A DNA stretch of 63,943 nucleotides, filler included, from Asterionella formosa (lineage: Eukaryota), in assembly GCA_002256025.1 (NCBI GenBank). It is 18 parts of 18 records of this genome, joined end to end, with 100 filler letters (N's around TTAATTAATTAA, not from the genome) between each part and the next. Parts side by side here need not be neighbours in the genome. Positions count along the whole stretch, not along the records: positions 20,969 to 41,835 come from NKIB01003225.1; 17 more parts are not named here. One strand, written 5' to 3'. The translations under genes and the position numbers were made by a program. This document shows, piece after piece, positions 23,584 through 37,469 of this stretch. Every line of letters starts with the position of its first letter. The stretch's first letter is position 1. The notes under the pieces are model-generated. The model was given only the letters and a program-made list of their open reading frames with translations, ran no database searches and had not been told where the DNA came from.

Positions 23584-24234
23584 TTACTTACTAGCAATGG
23601 CATGTTTGAGAGTGGTGACACCGACATTTCTTTTCTCAGACATCACTTTATTAATATCATTCTTATATGTCTGCCAAACCGACTCGAAGTCCTTATCAGT
23701 TCCCATGAATAGGCCTGGGAAGTGAGCACGAAATGTGCGTGCCAGACTAGTTGGTCCCCTTTCATCAAGGTCAATATCACCTGTGATGAACTTTACTTTT
23801 GGAAAAAGTTCAAGTTTGACCCATTGACCAACATTTCGGGTCCAATGCTTGTCTTTTCCAATGCCATGGCCACCAGAAAGTTGAAGTCTTTGCTTCTCCG
23901 TTACTTCCCGAAGCTCGTCAATCTCCTTTCTACTTTTCTTCAACTCAGATTGAAGAAAGTCTAGGGAAAGGTTTGTTTCAATTCCCTTGTGATCAGAAAT
24001 AGTCGAAATGTTTTTCTTACCATCAGTTGATAAAATGAGACTTTCATCCTCATCCCTGAAAAAATCGCTGTTCTCTGCTCCAGGAATAGAGACTCCATTG
24101 TCGCTTTCACTGTCAGATGCAGAGGAAGCCTCAGCCTGAGCAAGCTCCTCAATATGTTTTGACATGATATCCGAAATAGCTTGCCAGAGATTTATAGGAA
24201 TTGGATCTTGAACAATCACTGATTGATCACCCAT
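23584..24234 (-). CDS. Hypothetical protein exon (coiled coil, then ELFPKVKFI segment), probably transposon-borne
   Basis: 216-aa ORF ending at a GTAAGT donor-like site, embedded in a TE nest. No recognisable domain. Confidence 0.45.
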   Translation of the reverse strand: MGDQSVIVQDPIPINLWQAISDIMSKHIEELAQAEASSASDSESDNGVSIPGAENSDFFRDEDESLILSTDGKKNISTISDHKGIETNLSLDFLQSELKKSRKEIDELREVTEKQRLQLSGGHGIGKDKHWTRNVGQWVKLELFPKVKFITGDIDLDERGPTSLARTFRAHFPGLFMGTDKDFESVWQTYKNDINKVMSEKRNVGVTTLKHAIASK

Positions 24235-25156
24235 TTATTCGCAAAAGTGGACATTTTCCCTTTCCCTGATATTGTAAATGGCCATTGTTGCTAGTCTACC
24301 GGTCTACCGGTAGACTGCTACACTAATAATAATCAGGCATCATCACCTTCAAAATTCAACAGTTAGCTAATGAATGGCGCAACAGTAAAAGTACTTGCTC
24401 CTCAAACAAGGACCAGGTATTGTATATAGGACATCCGAGTATTTGTCGTGTACTATTTATCTAGTAGGTCCGAATTGGAATTCATACGATCTTGTCTTTG
24501 AAAGTCGGGAATAAGTTGGCAGGCTTGCTGCCAATCGCTCTTACCTTTGCTGAAATCGATTTTTAATATCATCGAAAACTTGATTGATTTCACCTCCATC
24601 GCTATGGAGATTGATAAGAACTTGTCTTTGATAAGCGGGAACAGGCAGGTTGGACTCAGTGTATAGCATGGGCGAACAAACGATGCAAGTCCCTCTGACT
24701 GTCTTCATTTAGGAGTGCAAAGTCGCTCTTGGAGAGCAATACCTCTTTGTGAAAGTTCTCTTGGCCTGTTTTGACGATCAAAGGCTTTTTTCTTGAGAAA
24801 AGCTGAAATTTTTATGTCTCTGTCTCATGTTTCTCATGTTTTAAGTTCACTTGTGGCATCATCCTTGTCATGAGGAGATGAGAGGTAAGCCGACATGCTG
24901 GTCAGTGACTGACATTGATGAAATTATGGAACTCATGTGGACAATGAACAAGAAGCCGCAGAACACACAAGAGGATGCATCTCTATGAATCTATGACTGT
25001 TATAAATTAAAGTTAAATTTATATAAAATGTCAGATGACTAATCTAAAAAATCTTGATTATCAGAGCGCAACGACGTTATTATGCATAAGATCGCCAAAA
25101 TAATTTGTGTTATAATTCACATATGATATAATTGTTCTTAATATCAGAGTGCGCCC

Positions 25157-27930
25157 AGTATAAGTGGTGTCCATATGATTATTACTTAATTGCCGGTTAT
25201 AGAACCGCTTCCATGGAATATCATAAGATGATGTCAGAATTAAATATTTGGTTTTGAATCTAATATACCGCCATCATTACCTGTACCACCATCACCTCCG
25301 GTATATGATTTATAGCTCACAATTTCTAATAAATACTTTAGGAATTAACCCTCCGCTTCTAAAAATTAAAAAAGCCAACATCAAGCCTCATTGCAAGAGC
25401 TGTCAGCAGTACTAGTATTCACTATAACAAAGTGGTTATGAGCCTAACACTATAAGAGAATCAATTAAGCCTCCATCAGATTACAAGATGAACAACCACG
25501 TCTAACCCAGTAAATCTTCCAACCGTTCCCTCTCAGAGAGGAGGTATTCATACCACATATGGCATCTTCATTGGAGGTGCTCAACTAGATGACACTTACC
25601 ACCTTCTACCAAACCGAAGCGCTTATCGATTCTCGACACAAGGTCATCATGAAAAAACGATTGCTTCCATTAAACAGAAGCTCAGAGATGCCCGCGATTC
25701 TGTAACAACTGTAAAGGTCAATGGACAACTTGAAGCAGCTGCTGGACTATCTACTGAGATACTAGGAAAAGAAAAATTCATCAGTATGTTGAAAGAAAAG
25801 GTGAAAGAGCATGGCCAAAAAACATTCTATGCAATCAAAGACAATGATGGAACTCGTCGCCCAGATACAACCAATTTTTACTTCGAGGCATTTATCAGTA
25901 TGAGTTAGAAGATGTTGAATTGTCACTCATGCTCGTGTTTTCCCTAATTACCTCGACCTTCAGTGAGAAAATGGAAATCAGATTTGACCATCAAGTCAAT
26001 TTTGAGTATCTCTCCGTTGCTTCTCTATTCATGATGATGGCCTTAGAAACCTGCGATGCATCCGTCGCCCATGATGTCGAAGGGGCACGCAACCAACTTG
26101 ACAGCCTCAGTCTTTACTCCTATCCAGGTGAAAAGGCGGCGGATTTGACCACAGAAGCACAACATCTTATCAAAATCATGCAAGGTGACTACGCATTGCC
26201 TGTAAATACCGGTTCCAAACTGATTCAGAAGGTCACAAAAACTTTGTGCGAGTAATTCAATCGTAAAATGTTTACCCTCCTTGATGAAGTCAAAACACTT
26301 GAGCATGACTACAAACTGTCCGATCCTAAGACACTCACCAAGGACCCAAAATACGCCAAGTCTGGCCCACTGGGAATCCTTGCAACTTTGCAAGCAGCTC
26401 ATGGAGCTCTTCTATCTGAACTTGATTGGCCTGCTCTGGCAACCAATGTCCCAGACGTATCCAATCTCTTGATGAACACCAGTGCAAACACCCGCACCTG
26501 CTATCGCTGTGGAAGTGGAAGTGGTGATAATCTCGCTTGCGACTGTCCCCAACCTGCACCTCTTGCTGGCGGATCCAACACTCATAACCACTCTGCTGCT
26601 CTGGCTGATTGGAAATACATCAAACCAGCTAACCTTACTACAACCAAGTGTCGGGCCACCAACAAGATAAGATATTGTCAGCTTAGTCACTTGGACTCGG
26701 CTCACCTTGATAACTATCGTGCCTGTCAGCGAGCTGCTGCAACCATTCAACCTGCCAGCTCCGTTTTGGACACCACCAATGGTCCCAAATCGCACGAAAC
26801 TGCTCCACCAGACACTTCACAGAGTAATTTGTCAGCAGTTGTCAAACCTAACCCCACTCCTGCCGGTCCTCCTGATATCACTACCCCTGCTCCTTCCACT
26901 ACCACTGAACCACTCAACGATATGACCTTCACTGGGGCATGGTGTGCTCCTGTTATCCATCCACTTGATATCGACGTGTCTGTTTGCGGATAAACTCCTA
27001 CTCCAACTACCTTCAGAGAGAGCAAGACAAACTTGCACACTTCTGTCATTGGGAGGGGAAAAACCATTAAAAATAACAATGTGTGTGAGACACATGCAAA
27101 TCTGGATTGCAAAGACCAAGGAGGCACCAACAAGCAACCACTCAACGACTCAAGTGATGGATGTTCTTACAAATATCAATATCTTAGCACATGACCCATA
27201 CTCTTTGTTCACAATGTCAAGCACAAACAACGTCAGCAGTAATCTTCGATACAGGAACATCATTGGGAACTACACACAACATGATACAAGACTTTGATGG
27301 GACACTTACCATTCCAGACTGTGATCTTCGACTTGAAGGTATGGCCAACGGCTTGAAAATAGAGGGAGTTGGACCAGTTGCATGGACACTTAGCAACAAA
27401 GATGGCACAGCCAAATGCTACTATGTCCCTCAATCCAAATGAGACTGATTACTATGAAGACTCATTCAGGTTTCAATTTCATGGCTGTCCTTGTCTGATT
27501 GTTGAGTATGACCCTAGAAATCACCCCCCCCCCCTTGGACAAGCCAGGATTGGATTGGGAATGTTACCGCAGGTGATCTTTGCCCTAACCAACAAGGGAA
27601 ATCAAAACATTAGTGCTGGTCAAAAAAGTCTTTTAAACTGGCATTTTCGCTTCGAACACTTAAACTGCGTGCATTCCCATTTACAGCCAGTCGATTCGCC
27701 TCATCATACAAATGCAATGCATTGGACCTAAAAACGAAATCTGTAAAAACTTAAAAGGACACCGTTCTCCAACACATTCTTCTAAAACCATCGCTAATCC
27801 TGAAGGAATTGGCGCACTGAAGGCTGAACATCTTGGACCTGGTGTAAGATTTTCAGTTGATAACTTCGAATCTTGCCTTTTCGGACACACCTTTGACTCC
27901 TATGGAAAACCATCAGCAGACACCCACAAA
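25157..27930 (+). mobile_element. 5' half of a degenerate Ty1/copia (CoDi-like): truncated 5' LTR to 25429, PBS, gag with zinc knuckle, protease, start of integrase
   Basis: LTR end CTATAACA followed by TGGTTATGAGCC; knuckle CYRCGS..LACDC; protease VIFDTGTS; LLNWHFRF; integrase start FSVDNFES..SADTHK. Confidence 0.85.
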
Positions 27931-29500
27931 CATCTGCAATAAAAAGGATCATGCTTATAGGATCAATGGTATCGTACGCTAAGTGGCACAGGATTTTCGT
28001 ATTATATGATAATTTTTGGATCAAAATTATGATCAAGGTATCCTATAACTATGATGACTTATTAATATTTTACCAACCTTGAAGTATAATGATAATAAGA
28101 ATATTATCATCACACAATGTATATTAACTGATCAACAAAATTACTCATCAACTTCCTAAACCTTCTCATATTATTTCCAATTCCCGTGATTGCCCGATGT
28201 AAATTCTTACTACAACGCATCCTAAAGTCAGCTCAACTCTATGCTATCATTTAAATTGTTTCTTCGTAAATCTATCGTAATCATGATCATAATTCTAATC
28301 ACAAGCATTGTTCAAAATAGATGGTGAAATGGATCGTAATTTAACCATCACATATAGCAATGCTATCTATTATTCTACATGCCAGCGGCCCAATGTTTCT
28401 ATCTCTACTTTGCTCAATATATATTGTTCCTGTCTCGCCAATTTCTTCCTCTATTCTGACTCATGTGTGAGGCAGTGCCTCCTAATGTTGCGTCTCTTTT
28501 GCTGCTGTTAGTGTCACTCTAAACTCGCCAACTATTCCGTTGTTTGATCGGTTTTATTGTCCTATGCAGTGACAGTACCAATGAGAAGGAACAACTTGTT
28601 AGCTAGACATGTTACACTGACACAACATCACGCCATTCCATCGTATCATCTTGCTTGCTTCACTTACCACAGCCAAATCAAAGCAAATGATGCATAAGTC
28701 TGTAATAGCAGTAAATTGTCAGTAGCTAAATTCTAGAATAGGTAAGTTTCAGGTTGCTTTCCAATGTTGCCGAATAAAACTTACCGATTCATTTTCGTCA
28801 CCTTAACTTTAAGAGAAGGTAAAATGGCGTGTCCGTCAGTTTTGTTCCATCAGAAGTGAATAAGTCCAATGACAAGAGCACTTACCAATTTTGCTTTGTT
28901 TTGTTTTGTTTTGTTTTACTTTACATTGGTGCTCCCCAACAAGCGAAACGAGCTGTTGATTCAACTGAGAAAAAAGGAAATGTGCGTGTTGCTACTGCAG
29001 TGGGACAGTAAATCATTATAGTTTAAGGATCATATGATCATAAAATTGAAAAAGGATAAAGGGGGTAGTAAGCGAGCTACAGAGCACCATATGTTCATGA
29101 CTGTCGCTACTGCAGTGGGACATTAAATCATCGTAGTTTTAGGATTGTATGATCATAAAATTAAAAAAGAATAGTCGGAGTAGTAAGCGAGAAATAGAAC
29201 ACCATATGTTCATGACTGTTGCTACTGCAGCGGGACAGTAAATCATCATAGTTTTAGGATTGTACGATCGTAAAATTGAAAGAGAGTAGTCGGAGTAGTA
29301 AGCAAGCAACAGAACACCATATGTTCATGACTGCTGCTACTGCAGCGGGACAGTAAATCATCATATTTTTAGGATTGTATAATCGTATAATTGAAAACAA
29401 GATATGCTATTACTCAAACTCGGTTCTGATTTTGTACATTATAATGTAAATAGCACTGTTGGTTTTATGGTATCATATCTAGACAGCGTATAATATTATA
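27931..29500 (+). mobile_element. Left arm of an AT-rich element with terminus CATCTGCAATAAAAA (right boundary approximate)
   Basis: Copia integrase is abruptly interrupted here; the same terminus occurs at 40428. Confidence 0.65.
28991..29398 (+). repeat. Tandem repeat, 115-bp unit, about 3.5 copies
   Basis: GCTACTGCAGYGGGACA units start at 28991, 29106, 29221 and 29336. Confidence 0.92.
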
Positions 29501-29511
29501 TGTAGTGACTG

Positions 29512-30960
29512 ATGATTCATAACAACGATGGACAAATTGAAGCGCTGTTGGCAAACTACGTGGATGATGGAATTATATGTGGTACCATGAATGCAGTCGA
29601 CTGCATGAGAAATATGATCAAGGAAGATTTTAATATCACAGAACAAGGTCCCCTACGAAAACACTTACTTGTGGAATATATGCGCAAGCACGACAAACTT
29701 GGAGAATACTGGGAGGGACAGCCAAGGAGATTTGTACTGAGATGCTACTGGAATATGAGATGCTTACTGGTAAGAAGATAAAGTCTTATGTGAAACCAGG
29801 AGCACCAGGTAAAACGTTAGGAGCCAACAATGGAGAAACTTTTATGGAGGTGGAATATTGCAAGAGTGTTGGGTAATTATTATGGTCTACTAAGAAAGAT
29901 TCCCCGGACTGTGCCAATGTGGCAGTATGTGAGTTATCTTCGTATTTAAGCTGTCCAGGCGAAGAACACGGGGATGATGTTTCACAAGTTATTGGATTAT
30001 TATTGAACAAGTTGGACAGAGTTCTCAAGATTCGAAAACCTAAGGAATTACGGGTTATTGCTTATGTTAATAGTGACTGGCCGCTAATAAGGTAAGCCGG
30101 AAAAGTACTACAGGTTTTCTGGTTACCATTGGTGGTGCATTGATCAGTTGGCAATCAAAGGGCCAGCCATCCGTTACGCTGTCAAGCAAAGAAGCAGAAT
30201 ACGTTGCGATGTCGCAATGTGCTCAAGAGATAAAATGTATTGCAATGTTACTGAATGAAGTGACAGGTGGTAAAAATATCCTACCAAGCATTTTACATGA
30301 GGATAACACAGGCGCAATATTCACAGCGAAGAATCAACAGCTTGGAACATGAACAAAACATGTTGATATTTTTCATCATGTCAAAAACATGATAGATGAG
30401 GGTGAGTTGCATATTGTTTTTCTAAGGTCAGAAAACAATTCAGCAGACATTTTGACGAAGAATGTCAAAGAGCAGATTTTCACAAGGTTATCTGGACCTG
30501 TACTGAGCGGTAAAATTTTAGAACTTCTTGAACATGGTAACGAGGAGAATGTCAAGAATATAGCATCAATGGCTATAATGAGTCACAAGGACTGTGGACT
30601 CAACTATAGTCCAATGAGTCAAATGGTGTGTTCCCATGTCAAGAAGCTTGCTAATGAGATTGATGTCTCAGATCAATCAGAAGAAGGTTTACATCAACGA
30701 AAAGGGAACATGATGAACAGGTTCTCGAAGTGTAATGAATGGGATTGAAACTTCGTTTTAGTTTAAGCTTATAGTTAAGAAACAGTGAGAAATGACAGAG
30801 TAAGGTACTAGCACAAAGGCTAGCAGCACAAAGGCTAGCAGCAGAAAGAAGATAACAATACTAGTGGTACAAAAGGTAAGACCTAGGTAAGAGGAACCCC
30901 TCAGAAGGGAAGGAGTACGAGATCTTTTAACATACCGTGCGCAGACCTTCCTGGTTTTTT
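29512..30960 (+). mobile_element. Degenerate Ty1/copia RT-RNase H fragment; probable LTR from ~30550 (end approximate)
   Basis: NYVDDG, ISWQSKGQPSVTLSSKEAEY, EDNTGAIF and SADILTKN; GAGGAGAA|TGTCAAG; several stops and frameshifts. Confidence 0.85.
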
Positions 30961-31195
30961 TCAAATATCTCGCAAAATTCTTGTCGCGTGTTCTTCGGCG
31001 AAGTTCGCGCGACTACCATTTCGTCGAATTGATTTTGAGCTCTGATCAGGCTAAACATCCACGGGCAATAACATTGGTCATCACACGGTATACCGGCGTT
31101 AGGTACCCATATCTAATCATTCAAACCCTCTACCTGTAGCTAGTTACCCTGGTAACTGGTATGAGGTAAAAGGTACCTGATACCATCAGGGTACT

Positions 31196-31604
31196 TGTTA
31201 TAGATGAATAGTACTGTCGACAGCTCTTGCAATGAGGCAGGATGAAGTAGACTCTTGAGGATGTTGTTCTAAAAGGCACTTGTTATAGATGAATAGTACT
31301 GTTGACAGCTCTTGCAATAAGGCACCAGGATGAAGTAGACTCTTGAGGTTGTTCTAACTTGTAGAAGCGGAAGGTTTGTAATGACAACGACTAATTCCTT
31401 AAGTATTTATAGGAAATAGTGAGCTATATACTATATACCGGAAGTGATGGCGGTAGAGGTAATGATTGCAGTATATTTGATTCAAAACCAAATATCCAAT
31501 TCTGACATCATCTTATCATGATATTCCGTCTTATGATTTTCCATGGTAACGGTTCTATAACCGACAACGAAATAATAATCATATGTACACCACTCACACT
31601 TTCG
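31196..31604 (-). repeat. 3' LTR of the host copia (inverted relative to 25157-25429), with its terminal ~85 bp duplicated in tandem
   Basis: Reverse complement aligns with 25157-25429. TGTTATAGATGAATAGTACTG occurs at ~31196 and again at ~31281. Confidence 0.85.
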
Positions 31605-31608
31605 TTAC

Positions 31609-34600
31609 TGATAAGATGCTATCTAAAGACGAATTGGCCTGTTAGTGCCCTGCTGTAATGGTAGGTCCAACAAGTTGTGACTTGAGGCCGTTCCAGCAGT
31701 ACTTTTTACTAGGTTAGTATGTATCTACGTAGATGGTACAACCACGTTGTACCAGTACCCATCAAGTACTATGGATATCTGATTCATCAGTTGGTGCGGT
31801 AAGCAGTAAGTCACCAATTCCCCGGAGAACCCGAGCAATCTCGTTCCCGTATTTATCACTCCTCTTGAATCTATAACCCAATAGTTTGATTGACCAAAAT
31901 AGAATAATACTTGCATAGAATATGCAAATCCCTAATCCCTATCCATGCATCAGCTCCCCAACTAACATGGCAAATAGCTTGTAAGTCTGGGCCTTGGTGA
32001 GCACATCTGCAAAATTATACCTTCCATCAATCTTGACTGGATGTACAATTCCGCATGCCGCCGCCTCCCTCCCCTTGTGATATGAGATGGCAACATGTTT
32101 CTTCTTCAAAAAACTATCCTTGATAGTAACATTCTGAACTACTCCAAGGTTGTCACCGAGCAGGTATGAGGCATGAGCCACCCGCACTCCCATTGAGCGT
32201 AGCATATAACGAATAGCTTTGGTTTCTTCAACTGCAATGCGCATAGCACAAAACTCAGCGCCGTATGTTGATGTCTCCACTGCTCCTTATCGCCTACTCA
32301 TAAAGAATACAGGTGTTCTTCCAACGAATATAATCAAACCGGTGATTGACCTGCATGTGATCTTGTCATGGGCATGATCTGAGTCAACAAACGCAGTTAT
32401 GTCCAACTCATCGACCAATGGCTTTGGTAGGTTGCAGTCAACCTCCTCAGATGCTTCAGGGTAGTCTTCACCAAGAATACTTGCGTAGTCTTTAGAAAAA
32501 TCTTCCTCGAATCCTGAGAAGTCAGGCGACCTAGAATCCACAACAATTCGCCTATTCCTATTTGGCCTCCTCTTTAGGTAGCCAAACACTTTCAATACCC
32601 GCTCAAGGTGTCCTTTTCTTGGACATGCAGCAGAGAATCTTGACAATGACATTGTGGCATGTGCGACATCTAATCTCCCAATTGTTACTACCCAATTCAA
32701 CATGCCAATTAATATCTGAAACTTTCGATGTTTGTCATCACTAAGTAGTGTGGTGTCATCGAGTTCTGGATGATCATTTGCACTCATTGGAATTGTAGTT
32801 TTGGGTTGCACACCAAACATCACCTCAATTCTTGCAGTCGACTCTTGTATGTATTTCTTGCATCCAAAACACCACCTGCCCTTCTTGTCCTTCTTGAAGT
32901 CGTTCCCAAGGTAATATTCTGGAGGACCTTCAGACTTGATCATATAGACCTGCTTGAGTCCTTCCATAATTATTTCAGGAGTCTTCGACACTATCATGAA
33001 GTCATCTGAGTGGGAGCAGATATATTCATAGTGTGAAGTATCATTGCTCATCTTGTACCACACATCTTTGTCGTACCTAGTTGGATGGAACCCCATTCCC
33101 CGGATCGTGTCCGCAAAATGCGCCCACCAGCGCTCAGAGCTTGATCTCAAACCATATCGTGCTTTTCGGATGAGAATTATTGATCCCCTCAACTCCTCTC
33201 CAAATTCTGGTCCAGCACAGCAGTATACTAGCTCATTAGTGTATGCATTGACGTTAGCATTTCCAACATCTCCACAAAGCAGCTTCAAGTTCTGCTTGTG
33301 TGCAATCACAGGTAGCATTCTAACACTTATGCCTTTCACAGTTGAAGAGTAAATATTGTTGTCAAGAGCGTCAACTAGATGTCCGCCAGCCACAAGTCTT
33401 GCATTGCGCCGTAGATCTTGTTTGACGTCAAAGATCACTGTTAGTGTAGTCCTTTGATATCCGACTCCAGGGTTAAAATCTGGCTTCTTAAATTCGAAAC
33501 ATTCCATTTCGACAAGTGAGGAGATCTCACGTTGCCTTTTGACAGAATGTGTTTCCACTTTGCTTGTCCAATTCCATTGCATGGGTGACATTTCGTGGGA
33601 ACTCAACGCCATACTTGAGAATTTGCTTCCTAATCTTAGGATGCTTCTTCTTCCTTATGTCGCCACGCCTCACTGTGTGCACCTGATCACATTCATCAAA
33701 ATGATGCTCATTTAACCTTGCAATTCTTCGAACAGCTCGTTTGATGTCTCGAACTGTTTTCTTTGCCCATTGCATGACTCTATCCAGGCGTTTGGAACGA
33801 CTGACGTTATTGTCTACAATGTATTGTGATGTCATGTTTGGATGGTCAAGCTTCAAGTCCTAAAATGATTCCCAGGAGACAATTTCAGTACCCAAGTGCA
33901 CCTCCAACTCAAGTTGCCCGGCCTTCCAGCGATGCGCTCGAATAACAGTTACCCTGGAACCACTCATCTATGTTGCCTCTGTATGCTCTTCAGCTAGCTC
34001 ATTATTGATCTCATCACACATTTCAATGTCATGTGTTGCGTCAAGTGGATCAAAGTCGAACTGAACATCATCGGTGTTGGATGGTGGATTTTTTGATTTG
34101 TTGTTGTCTACTTCTGTTGTAGTGCATTGCTCCTCTTTCCCCCCCCCTGCTCCTTTAGACCCTTTGATGTTTCAATGATCTGAGGAGTAGGAGCAAAATG
34201 AACTAGACGAATAGGATTGTGATCCTCTGGTTCATCTAGAGGTTCAGGAATAGGACTGGTGGGAGCGTTCCTTTTGCGTTTACAATCCTTCATTTTTGTT
34301 ATTCTGGACTTGAGCGTAAGGTCACCATAAGGTACCACCTCATCACTGTAAGGCTCAACTGACGTTTCCTTTCGTGGTTGAACAATATTACGAGTGAGTT
34401 CAACACCTTTTTCCCAATTACCATCAGGACATGTCCAAATGCGATAAGTGAATGCATCGCCATGGTTCCATGCGATACCAACAAACCTTCATAGAAGAAA
34501 GTTTGGGTTGGGGTACTTGGCTGTTGGCTCATAGTAATAGATTGCTTGCCAGAAGGAAAATCGAAACACAGAAATGTCTGGAGTTCTTCCGTCAAGTTTC

Positions 34601-37465
34601 TCAATGGGAGTCCTCCAATCCAGTCCCTTATGTGCGGAATGATTTAGGCAATCAATAATCCACATCATGCAATAGCACCAGAATGTCATTGGAGCTTTTG
34701 CCAAGCGTGGAGATAAAATAGTTTGAGATTTAATGTCCCGGATCTTGAGCTCTGCCTGGTTCTGGTTTTGGTTGTGTGGCTGGGAAAGAATGGATTTGTT
34801 TTGTGATGTTTTCCCGGCTTGTTTTAGTCCACAATGTGCCAGACTGAGTTTGAGAGTTATCAGTCAACAAAATGTTGGGAGCTCCAACCTCATGTAAGAA
34901 ATCCTAGTATGATCCATTTGAATGTGCCTCTCTAAACACACAACATGTAAACAGAAATTGCGATGGAATATGAATGAAGAGTTGCACACATGAGTAGTTC
35001 CGGATAGACTTGATAGATGAGGAAAACCTACCTGAATCTGTCCTGCCATCAAGTCAATTAAGATGAAGAGGAATTAGACGCTTCTTTTGATGCTGTCTGG
35101 GTGCTTCTCTATTATCCATTTCAACTGTTTGGGTGCAGAACTGTGTTGTTGCTTGGAGTGTCTTCTTGGTTACAATCTCATTTGAATTTCCAAGAGGTTT
35201 CTCCCATAGAGATGGCTCCTCTTCAACAATGCTTCCGCGTCCTCTCCTAGATGACTGCTTCAGCAGCTCAGATGAGTTGCTGGGAATTCGTGGTGTCAAC
35301 CAATGAATTGTGTGGGAGTTTGCCTCTTCGATTGTAGGTAGGCGAACATTGAATGTAAGTTTTTCATCATCAGTGGACAATAGTTTAATCTGAATGTCGT
35401 CAACCTCAATGCATTGCAAACCGCCATCCTGTTCAGATATGTCATGAACAATAACATTATTACACCTCATCACATGAGTGTTGATCAGCTCTTCTGTTTG
35501 TCCTGGTCTTTCATCAAAGGCTGCTCCCCCCAACCCAAGTGAATAGGTTTCTTTTGTTTCTGGATGTTCATAAGCAGTGACTGCCCTGACAATTGGAAGA
35601 GTAGTTCCATCCATATTGGCCCCCCAACCATGCAGTTTTGCGCTCTTGCTCACTTTTTCCAGAACTATCCATCCGACTCCGCTAATGACCTCAAAATCAG
35701 TTCCTCCATCAAGCACAACCCTTGCTGCTTCCCCTGGAATGCGTCCACATTGGAGTACTGGGTTGCGATGTCCCTTTTTCTTTTTCCTGGGAGTCACCTT
35801 TTTAGGTTTCTTCTTTTGGGTACTTGCTGTAGGATTTATTTCCTGGTCACTATCATCTCCATCATCCTCACTGTCTTTGTCATCAGAGTCCTTGATTTTC
35901 ACATGAGGTGTAGCCGTATCGCATAATCCAGAAGCTGAGGTCTTTGCCCTTCTAGTCTTCTTCTTGCGCTTTCTTGTCTTTGGCTTGTTCTTGGAGTGGC
36001 ATCCCTCGTCAGATTTGACTGAGTCGTCATCTTTCTTGGCATCTCCATTGGCACCAGTCAACTCGTCGACACGAATCGCCCTTCCTTCATTATTCCTGAC
36101 ACTTCTCCATTTAAATAGATCTTTCTTGATAGAATTGGATTTAATTGTATTGAGTAAGTGGGTAGGGAGGAAAGGAATTTGGTTGTCTTTAGATGGTTTA
36201 GGTGTGGCTCCGCCTTTACTTGTAGAAGTTGTTGCGCGCCTTGCCTTGGTGGAACTCTCTTGTGAGAATCTTTCCAATTCCTGTTCTCTGCTCCAAATAC
36301 ATTGAACACACTCATCAAAAGTCTTGTTGGTGTCACCACAAAGGTTCTGAATGCAAACATCATAGTCTTCATCGTCAATTTGATCAAGGAATTTAGCCCG
36401 CTTTGTTGCTTCAGTGTAGCTTTCATGTTTATCTTCCAACTATCGACTGCAGAGAATGAATGTGTTTATGTACTTGTTAGCTTTCACCTTATTGGACAGT
36501 AGTAACTCATTGAGTTGATTCCTGTAGTGATCAATAAGGGTCCTTGATACTTCTGCTTTTCCATACCACATCTTTAATCCAGTCCAGGCATCATGTCCAC
36601 TCTGGGGCCCATTTGCATCAATTATATGATGTGCAGTCCCCTTATACAGTGCTTTTTTCAGCATGTTGTAAAATTCACAGTCATGTGCCATACCTACTGT
36701 ATCAGCTGGTACTGGCTTGCCTGTATCTGTCAAAAGTGTTGCATATGCCGTCTGCCCAAGTGTTGCACCTGTACCAATGTACCATTCCTCCCAGTTGATT
36801 GGATCCCCAGAAAAATCCTTGAGTGCATCAACATATATTTTCGGGGCCTCTTGCGTAGGGTCTACAGGCATGGCTGGCACTGCTGGTACAGCTGCTTGTG
36901 CCGTAGTTGGCCATGGGCATGCTTATTGTCACCATGACATTCTGCATAGTTGTTTGGACGTTTACGACATGTCCTCTTGCGAGAAATGTCCCGAGTCTTG
37001 CCAACTTGCGCCTAAACAGGATAGAAGAGTTGGGAAGTAACTGGACGATGTCCGCTTCTTCGAGGAGGCAAAGGTTGTCTGTATTTGTCACACCGGCGTT
37101 TGCGAGTGTTTCTAACTCATGTTGAGTCATTCTACTCAATTCCACCACTTTCGGATCCATCATTCTACTAGTCACTCTTCGTCGGCTCATGAACTAGTAG
37201 ACTCGGTCTCATAATCTGATAAGATGCTATCTAAAGACGAATTGGCCTGTTAGTGCCCTGCTGTAATGGTAGGTCCAACAAGTTGTGACTTGAGGCCGTT
37301 CCAGCAGTACTTTTTACTAGGTTAGTATGTATCTACGTAGATGGTACAACCACGTTGTACCAGTACCCATCAAGTACTATGGATATCTGATTCATCAGTT
37401 GGTGTGGTAAGCAGTAAGTCACCAATTCCCGTAGAACCCGAGCAATCTTGTTCCCGTATTTATCA
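31609..37465 (-). mobile_element. Full-length but disrupted Ty1/copia element (gag-PR-IN-chromo-like-RT-RH); LTRs 31609-31858 and 37217-37465; TTAC duplication
   Basis: Near-identical TGATAA...TTATCA LTRs; PPT TTCAAGAGGAG; PBS-like GATTATGAGACC; motifs VLDGGTD, NARLVAGGH, HSDDF, FVDSDHA, ETSTYGAEF and FADVLTK. Confidence 0.95.
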
Positions 37466-37469
37466 TTAC

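Noticed and set aside
28991..29398. Possible CRISPR-like array
   Set aside because: The whole 115-bp unit repeats with no unique spacers and no cas genes, in a eukaryotic TE context.
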